Counted from the first letter of the whole stretch, positions 8,364-18,361 are shown. The stretch is 63,968 nt of DNA, filler included, from Candidatus Omnitrophota bacterium (GCA_015233495.1; 3 parts of 3 records of this genome joined end to end with filler, not necessarily neighbours in it); one strand, 5' to 3'. Notes: generated by a model not told the origin, from the letters alone. A program made the numbers and translations.

Positions 8364-9983
8364 ATGTTGACCTGGAATACGCAAAAAACATCCGGATCGC
8401 CGGATTGGTTACGAGGTATATTTTTAGGTTTGACCATTTTGGTCTGCGCCTGGATGCTTTATCCCAACATTGATTTTCCCGATGGCGGGATGTTTGCCCA
8501 AGGTGACAACGGGCTGCATTTATACGTTTATTCCCAAACGGCCCATGGGGCATTGCCTTATCATGATTATTGGTGGTGCTACGGACCTTTGATGCCGTTT
8601 TATTACGCGGGGTTCTTAAAGGTTTTGGGGTTCACAATTCCCAGCATCCTTATCGGCCAAATTGTCCTCAATATTCTCAGCGCGGTTATATTCTTTTTGA
8701 CGTTGACCCGCTTTTGTTCTTTGTTTTACGCCTTCGCGGCGGCAATATTTTTTATCACTCAAGGCATCAATTTTCCGCACACCCAGAATCATGCCGGGGG
8801 GGTCGTCTTGCTCCTGGCGTTGATTTATGTCTTGACCGGGTTCATCAGCGGAAGGTCCGGACCCAAAAATATTCTGGCTTGTTCTCTGATTGTTTTTCTG
8901 CTGGGGATCATTAAACTCAATTTCGGCGTGATTGCCGGGTTGATCGTTGTTCTGGCGCGTACCGCTCCGGTTTTCGCTCCCCAGGGGCTGCTGCCGCTAA
9001 CCCCGAGGCGGTCGTTGATTGTTCCGGTAGCCGGAGCTTTGGGATGCAGTTTTTTGGTTTATGGGATTTTTTTTATTGGCGAGCCTTTTGACCACATTAA
9101 ACAAAATCTGCTTTTTTTCGGCAATGACCAAGTCCCGCGGATATCGCCTTATATCGGATTGTATCTATTTTTTCAATTGCTGATCAAATATTTATTCGCT
9201 AACCCGTTGCTGATCGGTTTATTGCTATTGTCTTTGTTTAATCTATATTTGCCGCGGGAACAAACTGAAGACGCGTCACGCGGCAGGACATTGCTATTGC
9301 TTTTTTTGGTGATGGTATTATCCCTGCATGAATATCTTCTATCGGGCATGGATTATCGGTGGATATGGGCAAAACCCAGTTTGTTATTAATGATTTTTCT
9401 GGCCGCCTATCCGTTGTTGCGCGAACGGCGGCTTTTGCGGTCTTTAGTGTCGGGCATTATGGTTTTGGCAACGATCGGGAACGCCTTGGGGGCCCGCGGT
9501 TTGATGAATCAATACCGGAACGCGGATCATTATTTTAATCATCCCCGCGCTAAGGCGTTTATCGCCAATGACCCCGCTTGGAAAACCACGGTTCTCGACG
9601 CTACCCGTTATTTGCAAAAAAATCTCGCGCCGCAGGAGTTATTTTTTGCGGCGCCTTATGAGCCGATTTATTATTATTTGTTAGATAAGCCATCGCCGGT
9701 TCGTTATCTGGTCTTCTTTCAATTTTTGCAACCCACCCGCAAACAGGACGAAGAGATTATTCGGATACTGGAATCCAAAAAAGTGAATTGGGTGGTGCTG
9801 TCTAACCGAGCGAATTCCTTAGAAACGGGATTAGGCAAATTCGGCGTGACGCATTGTCAGTTATTAAATCAGTATATTGAAAAAAATTTTAGCCTTGCCG
9901 CCCAGTTCGGCCCCTGGGATCAACCCGCGGTATGGGTGGTCAACCACGCGGTGCGGATACTCAAGCGTAAGCAGCCGCTTTAG
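8364..9983 (+). CDS. Multi-pass membrane protein, probable GT-C (ArnT/PMT-like) glycosyltransferase
   Basis: GDxG after TM1, G-x-LPYxD-Y-W-x-x-YGP loop, many TM helices, soluble C-terminal domain. Confidence 0.7.
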   Translation: MLTWNTQKTSGSPDWLRGIFLGLTILVCAWMLYPNIDFPDGGMFAQGDNGLHLYVYSQTAHGALPYHDYWWCYGPLMPFYYAGFLKVLGFTIPSILIGQIVLNILSAVIFFLTLTRFCSLFYAFAAAIFFITQGINFPHTQNHAGGVVLLLALIYVLTGFISGRSGPKNILACSLIVFLLGIIKLNFGVIAGLIVVLARTAPVFAPQGLLPLTPRRSLIVPVAGALGCSFLVYGIFFIGEPFDHIKQNLLFFGNDQVPRISPYIGLYLFFQLLIKYLFANPLLIGLLLLSLFNLYLPREQTEDASRGRTLLLLFLVMVLSLHEYLLSGMDYRWIWAKPSLLLMIFLAAYPLLRERRLLRSLVSGIMVLATIGNALGARGLMNQYRNADHYFNHPRAKAFIANDPAWKTTVLDATRYLQKNLAPQELFFAAPYEPIYYYLLDKPSPVRYLVFFQFLQPTRKQDEEIIRILESKKVNWVVLSNRANSLETGLGKFGVTHCQLLNQYIEKNFSLAAQFGPWDQPAVWVVNHAVRILKRKQPL

Positions 9984-11089
9984 CGGACCGGAGAGTTGGA
10001 ATAATTTTTATAGAGAGCGTGGAAAAATAATTTTTGTATCGGGTGTTTTTCGTTGAAAAGCGTATCCCAGGCTTGGGGTATGGGATATTCTTCCCTGCGG
10101 ATCACGAAACCGTTACGTTTCGCGCGGGATACCAGCCACTGTTTGGTATAAAAATAGCCGTTCGTGAGACGATCAATGTGGCGGATATAGTGATTGATCT
10201 GCGCTAAAGTCATTTCATGCAGAGAACTGATGTTGATCATGACGTCAAACGATTTATCCGGCAGCAGTTCCACCTGGGGAGCGGAAATCAAACGAATTTG
10301 GCTGGATTCGAATTCTTTTTGGATACTTTGGTAATTAGAAAAAGGACGAAAGAGAAAGATTTTTTTCTCCGGGAATATTCCGGATAAATATTTTTGCGCG
10401 ACATATAAAGCCGGGGGTATATCAATGATGGTATAAGAACACCCGGGCATCGCTTTTAAGAAAACATAAGCCAAGCGTCCATAACCCGCCCCGATTTCGC
10501 CGATATTCTTAAAGTTTTGCCGCCCGCCATCGATATGATTCATAATGCTGTAATACTCATGCAGGGAATTGGCTAAATCTTGGGATACATAATTTTCTTT
10601 ATACTGAATGATATAAGGCGCGCCGAAATTTGGCTCGGACAATCTCGGACATAAACCCTGGGAGTCCACGTCTGATAAAACGGACCAGAACATGGCGACA
10701 TAAATTTTATACAAATACGCGGACAAGACGTTGAATGTCGGAATGCGCGGATCGTCATTTTGGTAATTAGGAAATTTGGCGTTGCTTATCGATAAATCCC
10801 CCCGCCGCAGCCAAAGCAACAACACGGGAAAAAACTGATGAACGAAAATGGTAAAAACATTCCAATTGAAGTAACGCATATTTAACGTGCGTTTGAAATT
10901 ATTGATCGAGGAATTTTTCAAATTCTTTATTCCCCAATCGTTCAACTCTGCCCAAAAAGGCGACGGCCAATACAAGGGATCCGCCTGGAACACGTCCGCG
11001 AACATACTTTGCAAATGAATATCAATTTCTCCCGCCTCTTTTAATAAGCTCGCCCGATGGTTGGTATCGGCGATTGGAATGTTGGTCAT
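9980..11089 (-). CDS. Putative sugar O-methyltransferase
   Basis: PSPFW, EIGAGYGRLA SAM motif, IIDIP, NISSLHEM. Confidence 0.8.
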   Translation of the reverse strand: MTNIPIADTNHRASLLKEAGEIDIHLQSMFADVFQADPLYWPSPFWAELNDWGIKNLKNSSINNFKRTLNMRYFNWNVFTIFVHQFFPVLLLWLRRGDLSISNAKFPNYQNDDPRIPTFNVLSAYLYKIYVAMFWSVLSDVDSQGLCPRLSEPNFGAPYIIQYKENYVSQDLANSLHEYYSIMNHIDGGRQNFKNIGEIGAGYGRLAYVFLKAMPGCSYTIIDIPPALYVAQKYLSGIFPEKKIFLFRPFSNYQSIQKEFESSQIRLISAPQVELLPDKSFDVMINISSLHEMTLAQINHYIRHIDRLTNGYFYTKQWLVSRAKRNGFVIRREEYPIPQAWDTLFNEKHPIQKLFFHALYKNYSNSPVR

Positions 11090-11116
11090 TTTCCGGGCTC
11101 CTAAGCGTTAAATATA

Positions 11117-12079
11117 CTATCGCAAGACGGCTTTAACGTTTAAAACACTGCCGCGTAAGATAAGCGCCTCAAACAAGGTCAAGGCCAAAGATAAAGGCAA
11201 CAAGATGACCGCGGCGGCTAAATATATACAGAAGACGATTTTTGACGGCGGTCGGACAACCTTGCGGCTTTTCAATATTTTGTAGAATAAATTGATTTCG
11301 ATCGGTAATAAATTCAAAAAACTCTGCAGCCAGCCGAAAACTCCATATTCGAAAGAAAGCGTACGTATAGTCACGACGTGATAGCCGGCGTTTTCTAATA
11401 ACCGGGTGATGGTCTTTGGCGTATAATGCCAATAATGCCGGGTTGGATCCAAATGAAACCAGCGGCCGCGAAAAATTTTTGCTTGTAAACTGCCGCAATT
11501 CGGCACGGAAATGAAAAGTATGCCCGTATTTTTCAGAATATTTTTTATGGCGTTTAACGTATTCTGAGGGTCGGGCATATGTTCTAAGGATTGCCAAAGG
11601 GTTATGACATCAAAGGATTGTTCTTGGGCGCTTTTTTCCGGGGAAGCTAAATCAAAAAAATGAATTCCTTCCCGGTTTTTGAGAATTGCTTGTCCGCATG
11701 GGGAAGGTTCATAACCAAATTTTTTCCACAGTGGGGGCAAATATGATAAGAAAGTTCCGTCGCCGCACCCGACATCCAAAATTTTTCCCGGCTTGACTCT
11801 GGCCAGAGATGTCTGCTGCCGCTCTGTCTGAAATAAAGCGTTAAACAGGCGATTCAGCGGACGCCCGGCGGCTGCTTCCCCATAATAATTATTTTTATAA
11901 TTTTGTTCGGGAAAGTTTTGCGCCGCTGATTGGCAAATTGCGGCGCTGATGATTATCCCGCACTGTTGACAAAGATAAATGGGGATCAGCGGGGCCCGAG
12001 GGTCGTCCGCATTCACGCCCTCCAGAAAGGGTTTTATTTGTTTTGCGCCACATAAAAGGCAATGATCCCAAGAGGACAT
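11117..12079 (-). CDS. Class I SAM-dependent methyltransferase with N-terminal Zn-binding CxxC pairs
   Basis: CLLC...CQQC, ILDVGCGDG, SLEH, VPN, WFHLDPTRH. Confidence 0.85.
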   Translation of the reverse strand: MSSWDHCLLCGAKQIKPFLEGVNADDPRAPLIPIYLCQQCGIIISAAICQSAAQNFPEQNYKNNYYGEAAAGRPLNRLFNALFQTERQQTSLARVKPGKILDVGCGDGTFLSYLPPLWKKFGYEPSPCGQAILKNREGIHFFDLASPEKSAQEQSFDVITLWQSLEHMPDPQNTLNAIKNILKNTGILFISVPNCGSLQAKIFRGRWFHLDPTRHYWHYTPKTITRLLENAGYHVVTIRTLSFEYGVFGWLQSFLNLLPIEINLFYKILKSRKVVRPPSKIVFCIYLAAAVILLPLSLALTLFEALILRGSVLNVKAVLR

Positions 12080-12081
12080 CG

Positions 12082-13002
12082 TTATCGCTTTGTTGACGGT
12101 AAAATCGAATGATCATCGTCGATGATAAAATTTTGGCGTCCGACAATATCTTTATAAGCCCGGGCCAGGTAGAGACCCAGGAAAGGAATGGTCAGCAAAA
12201 GATAAACAAATATGCCGACGATCGCTAAATCGGCTAAAGTTTTTAAATCGTGAATAAAGATCCAGGAGCCGGCAAAGGGGATGATCAACATAAACGAAAG
12301 GTAAAGTATGGCGCGCAAGGGGAAGGTGGTTCCCGCCATAATCCCGGCGATAGCAAAGCAGATCATGCGAAAAATATTATAGTGGGTTTTTCCGGCGACC
12401 CGCGGCTGGCGTTTATAATCGATCCCGGCTTTCTTAAATCCCACATAAGCGAGTTCGGTACGCAAAAAAGGATAGGTGGTTCTGGGATGCAGGATAGCGT
12501 TTCGAACGCTTTTGCTGAACATGCCGAATTCCGACATCCACATAATCGCCTGACTGTCAGCGATCAAGTTGTTGATTTTATAAAATAACCGCCGGAACAG
12601 ATAGATCAAAGGATGATCGGGCCGATTGGAGCGTATGCCATAGACATGTTGAAAGCCAGTTTTGATTTTGGCATAGAATTCCTTAAGTAATTCCGGAGGA
12701 TCTTCGCAATCCACGTCGATGATCGCGTAAAGATCGGATTCAAAAGTGGTCAGCCCGGCCAATAGGGCGGCTTGATAACCGAAATTGCGCGATAAACTAA
12801 TGACGTTCAATCTCGCGTTGGAGGCGCAGCGCTCGCGCAAAATGGCCAAAGATCCATCCTTGCTGCCGTCGTTGACAAACACAACCTGCCAAGCGAGTTC
12901 CGGCAATTCCCGCATCGAAGTTTCCACGCGGTTTAAAAAAATATCGATGCATTTTTCTTCGTTATAAATCGGGCTGATAATTGTCAGGAGCATGGGTTTC
13001 AC
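12082..13002 (-). CDS. GT2 polyprenol-phosphate glycosyltransferase (GtrB/ArnC-like)
   Basis: PIYNEE, VNDGSKD, LSRNFG, IDVDCEDPPE, two C-terminal TM helices. Confidence 0.9.
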   Translation of the reverse strand: MKPMLLTIISPIYNEEKCIDIFLNRVETSMRELPELAWQVVFVNDGSKDGSLAILRERCASNARLNVISLSRNFGYQAALLAGLTTFESDLYAIIDVDCEDPPELLKEFYAKIKTGFQHVYGIRSNRPDHPLIYLFRRLFYKINNLIADSQAIMWMSEFGMFSKSVRNAILHPRTTYPFLRTELAYVGFKKAGIDYKRQPRVAGKTHYNIFRMICFAIAGIMAGTTFPLRAILYLSFMLIIPFAGSWIFIHDLKTLADLAIVGIFVYLLLTIPFLGLYLARAYKDIVGRQNFIIDDDHSILPSTKR

Positions 13003-13955
13003 CAGATAAAATGGTTTTTATAGTAATCGACCAGGGCGCGGATTTCCTGGTTTAAATCGCGCTGGGGGTTCCAGCCTAGGGCCCGGAGTTTCGCGTCATC
13101 CAAAGAATAGCGCACGTCTTCTCCCATGCGGATAAAATTTTGTTTGACGAATTCCTGCCAGCGCTGGTCTTGCGCGCCGTCAAAATAATAGTTAATGATT
13201 TTTTTAATGATTTCCAGATTGGGGAGTTCGTCATTTCCGGCCATATTATAAATTGTGTTGCGTTCTCCGCGGTCAATCACCGTCAGTATTCCCGCCGCGG
13301 TGTCTTGCGCGTGCAGCCAGGTGCGGCGATAGCTTCCGTCGCCGTGCACCGGGATAGGCTTTCCGAGGGTAAGATATTTGACTGCCTTAGGGATTAGTTT
13401 CTCGGGGTATTGGTCCAAACCATAATTATTCGTCGGACGAATGATAATGTACGGCACATGATGCGTCCGGTGCCAGCCTAATATCAATAGGTCTGCCGCG
13501 GCTTTAGAGCTGGAATAGGGGTTGCTGGGCTGCAACCGGTCTTGTTCCGTATGCAGGCCGTTTTCAATATCCCCATAGACTTCATCGGTGCTCACCTGGA
13601 TCAGCAGCGGCATTTCATAATTGCGTTTACTGCGGATCAATTCTAAGAGATTTTCCACGCCGCAGATATTGGTCTGGACAAAATTCGCGCTGTCCATGAT
13701 GGAATTGTCGACGTGAGTTTCCGCGGCGAAATTCACGACAATGTCGACGTCGCTCAAATGCTGCATGGCGCGGATATCCTCTTTGGTGAATTTGAACAAG
13801 GGATTGTTTTGGAATTCTTTTAAGCAGCGCAGATTTGACGCGTAAGTCATTTTATCAATGCCCCAGACGTGCCAGCCGCGGCTTAAACAGGCGCGGGTAA
13901 AATGGGAACCCATAAATCCTAAACAGCCGGTCACGGCTGTAACCATGGTTTGCAT
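12999..13955 (-). CDS. rfbB: dTDP-glucose 4,6-dehydratase
   Basis: TGxxGFxG, NFAAETHVDNSI, STDEVYG, YSSSKA, QYPEKLIP. Confidence 0.85.
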   Translation of the reverse strand: MQTMVTAVTGCLGFMGSHFTRACLSRGWHVWGIDKMTYASNLRCLKEFQNNPLFKFTKEDIRAMQHLSDVDIVVNFAAETHVDNSIMDSANFVQTNICGVENLLELIRSKRNYEMPLLIQVSTDEVYGDIENGLHTEQDRLQPSNPYSSSKAAADLLILGWHRTHHVPYIIIRPTNNYGLDQYPEKLIPKAVKYLTLGKPIPVHGDGSYRRTWLHAQDTAAGILTVIDRGERNTIYNMAGNDELPNLEIIKKIINYYFDGAQDQRWQEFVKQNFIRMGEDVRYSLDDAKLRALGWNPQRDLNQEIRALVDYYKNHFIW

Positions 13956-13965
13956 ACGTTCTCCT

Positions 13966-15222
13966 TTAACTTAGCGACGGACTTTTGCGGGCCGCCGGAA
14001 CCGGATAGATGAAATCACCCTGATATCCCGCGGCGGCAGCCCGCGCTTCGATTTCTTTGCCGAAATTCCAAGCCAAGAGCAGCAGGTCGTCGACTTGCGC
14101 CGCGGATTTTTTTAACTGTGCTATCCCCACAATCGGGATCCGCGAGCCCGGAGCGAGCAGTCCGCATTTTTTGGGATTATCATCGACGATGCGTTCGATC
14201 AGCGCGCGGTCGATCCCGTAATAATTTAAAAGTGTGTTGCCTTTGGCGCTGGCGCCGTAACCCCAAACGCGGCGGCCGTCCCGTTTTGCCGCGTTCAGCA
14301 GGTCAACTAAATTTTTTTTATTCTCTTCCACGGCGCGGGCAAAGGCGATGTAAGGTTCCCGCCGGGTCAATCCGAAATGATTTTCGAGATTGAGCAATTG
14401 CGCGACCTGCGGCCGGGGCGGATATTGATTTTTTTTCGCGGCGATGATTCGCAGGGTCCCGCCATGCAAGTCCGAAAAACGTTTTACGTCTACAGTTTCC
14501 ATCCCGTATTCCTGAAGCAGTTGGTTTACCGGGCCTAACCCCAAGTAAGAAAGGTGCTCGTGGTAAACGGTGTCGAACAAACCCCGTTCAATAAAATCGA
14601 GGATATAAGGGAATTCCAGCAGGAAAATACCTTTGTCCGCCAGACAAATTGCCACCGCGTTCACGAAGGCGCGCAAGTCATCGACGTGCGCGAAGACGTT
14701 AGTGCCGGTAATCACATCCGGCCGGCCGTATTGGCGGGTAATTTTCTGGGCCACGTCAACCGACCAATAATCACAGAGCGTCGGAACGCCAGCCGCGTTG
14801 GCTTCCGCCGCCAAATTTTTCGCCGGATCAACGCCTAAGATTTGGAAACCGTAATTTTTAAACGCGCGCAGGAGGCATCCGTCATTGCTTGCCACGTCCA
14901 CGGCAAATAATTTTTTTCCCGATCCCAGCCATTGCGTTACGTCGCCGGCCAGCGCGGCGCAATGCTCCCGAAAAGTTTGGGGAGTCGAACTGACATAGAG
15001 ATACTGCCGGAACATCAGATCCGGATTCACTACGCAGGAAAGCTGGGACAGTCCGCATACTTCGCAGAGCCAGAGCGCTAAAGGCGCTTGATATTCCGGG
15101 TCATGCTCGGATGACGGAGGTATGTAGGAATTCGCCAAGGGCGATATGCCGAGGTCTAAGTAGGGAAAAAAACGCGAAGCTGAGCAAATTCGGCATTTTT
15201 GAATTAGATGATGGTTAGCCAT
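13966..15222 (-). CDS. NDP-hexose C-methyltransferase (TylCIII/EryBIII-like)
   Basis: CRIC...CEVC Zn site, PLANSY, ASNDG, NVFAHV, DTVYHEH, HGG, YGASAKGNTLLNY, LLAWNF. Confidence 0.88.
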   Translation of the reverse strand: MANHHLIQKCRICSASRFFPYLDLGISPLANSYIPPSSEHDPEYQAPLALWLCEVCGLSQLSCVVNPDLMFRQYLYVSSTPQTFREHCAALAGDVTQWLGSGKKLFAVDVASNDGCLLRAFKNYGFQILGVDPAKNLAAEANAAGVPTLCDYWSVDVAQKITRQYGRPDVITGTNVFAHVDDLRAFVNAVAICLADKGIFLLEFPYILDFIERGLFDTVYHEHLSYLGLGPVNQLLQEYGMETVDVKRFSDLHGGTLRIIAAKKNQYPPRPQVAQLLNLENHFGLTRREPYIAFARAVEENKKNLVDLLNAAKRDGRRVWGYGASAKGNTLLNYYGIDRALIERIVDDNPKKCGLLAPGSRIPIVGIAQLKKSAAQVDDLLLLAWNFGKEIEARAAAAGYQGDFIYPVPAARKSPSLS

Positions 15223-15426
15223 TATTGTTTAATTATACATGATATCGGAGAGTGGGAAATATTTTTTGCGCCATCTTTTACTAAATATTATTGCTGGGGG
15301 ACGGCAAATTTTTGCCGGATTTACGCGAAAATTTTTCTCGAATTATTTTGGGAACGTGATAGCATAAAAACTTAAAAAATAGTTGATTCGCGCTGGAAAC
15401 GCGTTATTTATAAGGATGAGGAAAAG

Positions 15427-15747
15427 ATGATAACCATAGAACAATTCGCGCAGTTGGAGCTGATAGTCGGGCAGATCAAAGAGGTTGGGGAGCATCCCAA
15501 CGCTGACCGGTTATATGTTTTAAAAATTGATATCGGCGGGGAAGAACGGCAGTTGGTCGCCGGAATCCGGGGCGCGTATGCCAAGGAAGAATTGCTCGGC
15601 CGCAAGATCGTGATGATTAAAAATTTGGAACCCGCGGTCATCCGCGGGGTGGAATCGCAAGGCATGGTCTTGGCCGCGGCGGGGTTAAACGGTCCGGTGG
15701 TGCTCAGTCCGGAAAAAGACGTACCCGTCGGAAGCAAGATAAAGTAA
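15427..15747 (+). CDS. Stand-alone tRNA-binding OB-fold protein (MetG C-terminal/Trbp111/CsaA family)
   Basis: HPNADRL, RQLVAGI, NLEPAVIRGVESQGMVLA. Confidence 0.9.
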   Translation: MITIEQFAQLELIVGQIKEVGEHPNADRLYVLKIDIGGEERQLVAGIRGAYAKEELLGRKIVMIKNLEPAVIRGVESQGMVLAAAGLNGPVVLSPEKDVPVGSKIK

Positions 15748-15756
15748 ACCATCTGA

Positions 15757-15828
15757 GGGGCATACACTGAATTCGGCAAAGAATTTAACCGTCACACACG
15801 AGACGCGCCGAATTAAGTGGGTGTCCCC
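15757..15828. repeat. Second GGGGACA/TGTCCCC-family inverted repeat
   Basis: GGGGCATACACTGAATTCGGC ... GCCGAATTAAGTGGGTGTCCCC. Confidence 0.7.
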
Positions 15829-15838
15829 AATTATCGAT

Positions 15839-16333
15839 ATGCAATTACCATCACTCATCCCAGACGGGTTTTGTTTGGATTGCCGGGCCTGCTGCGTTTT
15901 CGAAGGCGCGGTCAGCCCTTGGCGTCCGAAAATCACGGCGGCGGAAAAACAAAGCTTAGACCCGGCAATGATCGCGGCGGATGGATATATCAGCGCAGCT
16001 CCGGCGGGGGAAGTATATCCGTGTGTGTGTTTAAACACATGCGATCACGCTTGTCAGATTTATCTGCAGCGGCCGTTTGAATGCCGGTTATATCCTTTTG
16101 TGTTAGTCCGTCGAGAAAATAAGCTGATGCTGGCCGCGCATCTGGCCTGTCCGTATATTCAGGCGAACCGCGGCACCAAAAGTTTCGCGGAATACGCGGA
16201 AAAATTGCGGCAGGCTTTACGGCAGGAAGCGGCGCGGGAAATATTAAACGCTAATCCGCAGCTCGCCGGAGATTATCCGGCGGATCAAAACGCGCTGGAA
16301 GATTTGTTTCTTTTAAGCGGAGGGAACGCATGA
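15839..16333 (+). CDS. YkgJ-family cysteine-cluster (CxxCxxCC) protein
   Basis: CLDCRACC, C-x-IY-x-x-RP-x-ECRLYPF, ACP. The GTG at 15821 lies inside the repeat, so ATG 15839 is preferred. Confidence 0.85.
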   Translation: MQLPSLIPDGFCLDCRACCVFEGAVSPWRPKITAAEKQSLDPAMIAADGYISAAPAGEVYPCVCLNTCDHACQIYLQRPFECRLYPFVLVRRENKLMLAAHLACPYIQANRGTKSFAEYAEKLRQALRQEAAREILNANPQLAGDYPADQNALEDLFLLSGGNA

Positions 16334-17265
16334 GCGCTGTGGCAAAACTGACTAATCATCGGGAAACCCTGCAAAAATATTTCGATGAGCAGCGGGCCGT
16401 CTTGACCGCTTTTGCTTACGCGACGACTTATTCCTGGATCGATTTTTTTAATTTTGATTTCCGGATCATTGACGGGTGTTTGTGTATTTTTGCCGCGAAC
16501 GCCATCGGCACGTTTCTTTATCTGCCGCCTTTGGGAAAGCGCGTGTCGCGCAACGTGATCCGTTCCTGTTTCGCCCAGATGGAGGAGCGCAACGGCGGCA
16601 GCGGCGTGACCCGCATCGAAAACGTCCCTTACGAAATGCTTAAACATTTTCCGACGGATCAATACGAGTTTGTGCCAAAGAATGACGAATATATTTATTG
16701 GCGGCAGGACATCGCGGATTACCGCGGCAATGATTACAAATCAAAGCGTTCCGCTTATAACGGCTTCGTGAAGAATTATCCGGATCATGAATATCTGCCT
16801 TTTGAACATGGCATGATGGATGAATGTCTGGGGATGTGCGATGTTTGGGCTTCGGACCGCATGGCGTTCGGGCTCGACAATAATATGTATTGCGCGATGA
16901 TCGAAGAAGCGCGGGTGATGAACGCCCGTTTACTGCGCGGCGCCGGCGAGCTGGGGCTCGTCGGCCGGGTAGTGCGCGTTAAGGGCAAAATTCGCGGATA
17001 CACCTTCGGATTCCGGATGCGCGACGATATGTTCTGCGTATTGCTGGAGGTGACGCATCCTGAATATAGAGGTTTGCCCGCTTATATTTTCCGGGAATTT
17101 TCCGACGACAAAGAAGTCCGGCCCTACAAATTCCTCAATGTCATGGACGATTGCGGCGCGGAAAATCTCGCCTGGACTAAGATGTCCTTTCGTCCGACCC
17201 TCCTGCTCAAATCCTACATAGTCAAAAAAATCGATCCCCGCGCCAAACAATTCGCCGCTGGCTAA
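16330..17265 (+). CDS. DUF2156 protein (soluble MprF-like aminoacyl-transferase/GNAT domain)
   Basis: EYIY...GNDYKSKR, GYTFG, FLNVMDDCG, KMSFRP. Confidence 0.8.
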   Translation: MSAVAKLTNHRETLQKYFDEQRAVLTAFAYATTYSWIDFFNFDFRIIDGCLCIFAANAIGTFLYLPPLGKRVSRNVIRSCFAQMEERNGGSGVTRIENVPYEMLKHFPTDQYEFVPKNDEYIYWRQDIADYRGNDYKSKRSAYNGFVKNYPDHEYLPFEHGMMDECLGMCDVWASDRMAFGLDNNMYCAMIEEARVMNARLLRGAGELGLVGRVVRVKGKIRGYTFGFRMRDDMFCVLLEVTHPEYRGLPAYIFREFSDDKEVRPYKFLNVMDDCGAENLAWTKMSFRPTLLLKSYIVKKIDPRAKQFAAG

Positions 17266-17368
17266 AGGTAAAAGCCATCGGCCAAGTGGGCCGGAGCTGG
17301 TTTTTATTGACATATGTTTCGTCAAATAGAGCATATTTTTTTGAAGAAAGGAACGACGGAATGAAAAT

Positions 17369-17525
17369 TCCATCTATTTTTCCGATGATCTCCAGACGGA
17401 TTTGGCCGCCTATGTAGGAAATTATTTAAATGAGGTTTTTGCCTGGAGCGAATATCGTGAGGCGGCGGATCGGAAATATTGAAGTTTTACCGTATCAGGT
17501 TTTTCTGCGCGAGTTTTGGGAGTAA
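17369..17525 (+). pseudogene. Remnant of an AAA/DUF4143-type ATPase gene
   Basis: Two fragments in different frames: SIYFSDDLQTDLAAYVGNYLNE (middle) and RRIGNIEVLPYQVFLREFWE* (C-terminus). Confidence 0.4.
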
Positions 17526-17571
17526 TGGCCAATATAACCAGACGCTGATATTATTTGACATTATTATTTGG

Positions 17572-17973
17572 TTAAATGATCCAGTCTTGAATTTTTAACA
17601 GCGGCACTCGGGAAAATTCTTTTAGGTTGCGGGTTATGAGCGTGCCTTTACGGGAAAGGGCGGTAGCGGCGATTAATAGATCATTGGGACCGATGATGTT
17701 TCCTTGGGTTTCGAGGTTTTCGCGGATTTGGGCATAGGTTTCCGCCGCGGAAAGATCAAAAGGGATGATTTCAAAAGGTTCCAGAAAAGCGGCGATGGCT
17801 TTCTGTGTTTTGGCAGGGTCACGGGATTTGTGCCCTCCCAGAAAAAGCTCGGCGGCAACAATGGCCGGGATTTTAATCTGATCCGGCCGCTGGGCACGAA
17901 ACACGTCTGCCAGGCCCGGGATATCCCCCCGGAGAAAATAGATACAAATATCCGTGTCAAGAAAATAAATCAA
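17572..17973 (-). CDS. vapC: VapC PIN-domain toxin
   Basis: FLDTDICI, AEL, IGPNDLLIAATA, TRNLKEFSRV. Confidence 0.93.
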   Translation of the reverse strand: MIYFLDTDICIYFLRGDIPGLADVFRAQRPDQIKIPAIVAAELFLGGHKSRDPAKTQKAIAAFLEPFEIIPFDLSAAETYAQIRENLETQGNIIGPNDLLIAATALSRKGTLITRNLKEFSRVPLLKIQDWII

Positions 17974-18200
17974 AACGCAATCCTTTTTCGGTCAGCTTTA
18001 CGGGGCGGTTGAGCGGGACGTTCGATTTTGTTTTCTTTGAGCGACGCAAAAATTTCAAAATACCCGGCGGGCCATCCGGAATCCAGCGAAGCGTTCAATC
18101 GTTTTCTGACCCAGCCGGATACAGAGCCATGCTCTTTTTGCGCGGATCGTTCGATGCGTTCAAGGGTTTTATCATCGATATAAATAGTTAGTTGCGCCAT
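17970..18200 (-). CDS. Antitoxin (RHH/CopG-like)
   Basis: MAQLTIYIDD...SVSGWVR...WPAGYF; GGAGG RBS; overlaps the vapC start. Confidence 0.8.
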   Translation of the reverse strand: MAQLTIYIDDKTLERIERSAQKEHGSVSGWVRKRLNASLDSGWPAGYFEIFASLKENKIERPAQPPRKADRKRIAF

Positions 18201-18361
18201 GTCTTGTCCTCCTTGATTTGAGTATAGCATCTCGGAAAACAATTGCAAGTATATGTTAGAGTATACGTGCTATAGACAATACTGGTTTAAGTGGTTATCG
18301 ATCATAAGAATGTTCACAATTCTTTCTGCCGTAAGGGGGTATTGAGATTGGACACCATTTA

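Noticed and set aside
7836..15300. tRNA-anchored integrative island or prophage
   Set aside because: No integrase, phage genes or duplicated tRNA 3' end seen.
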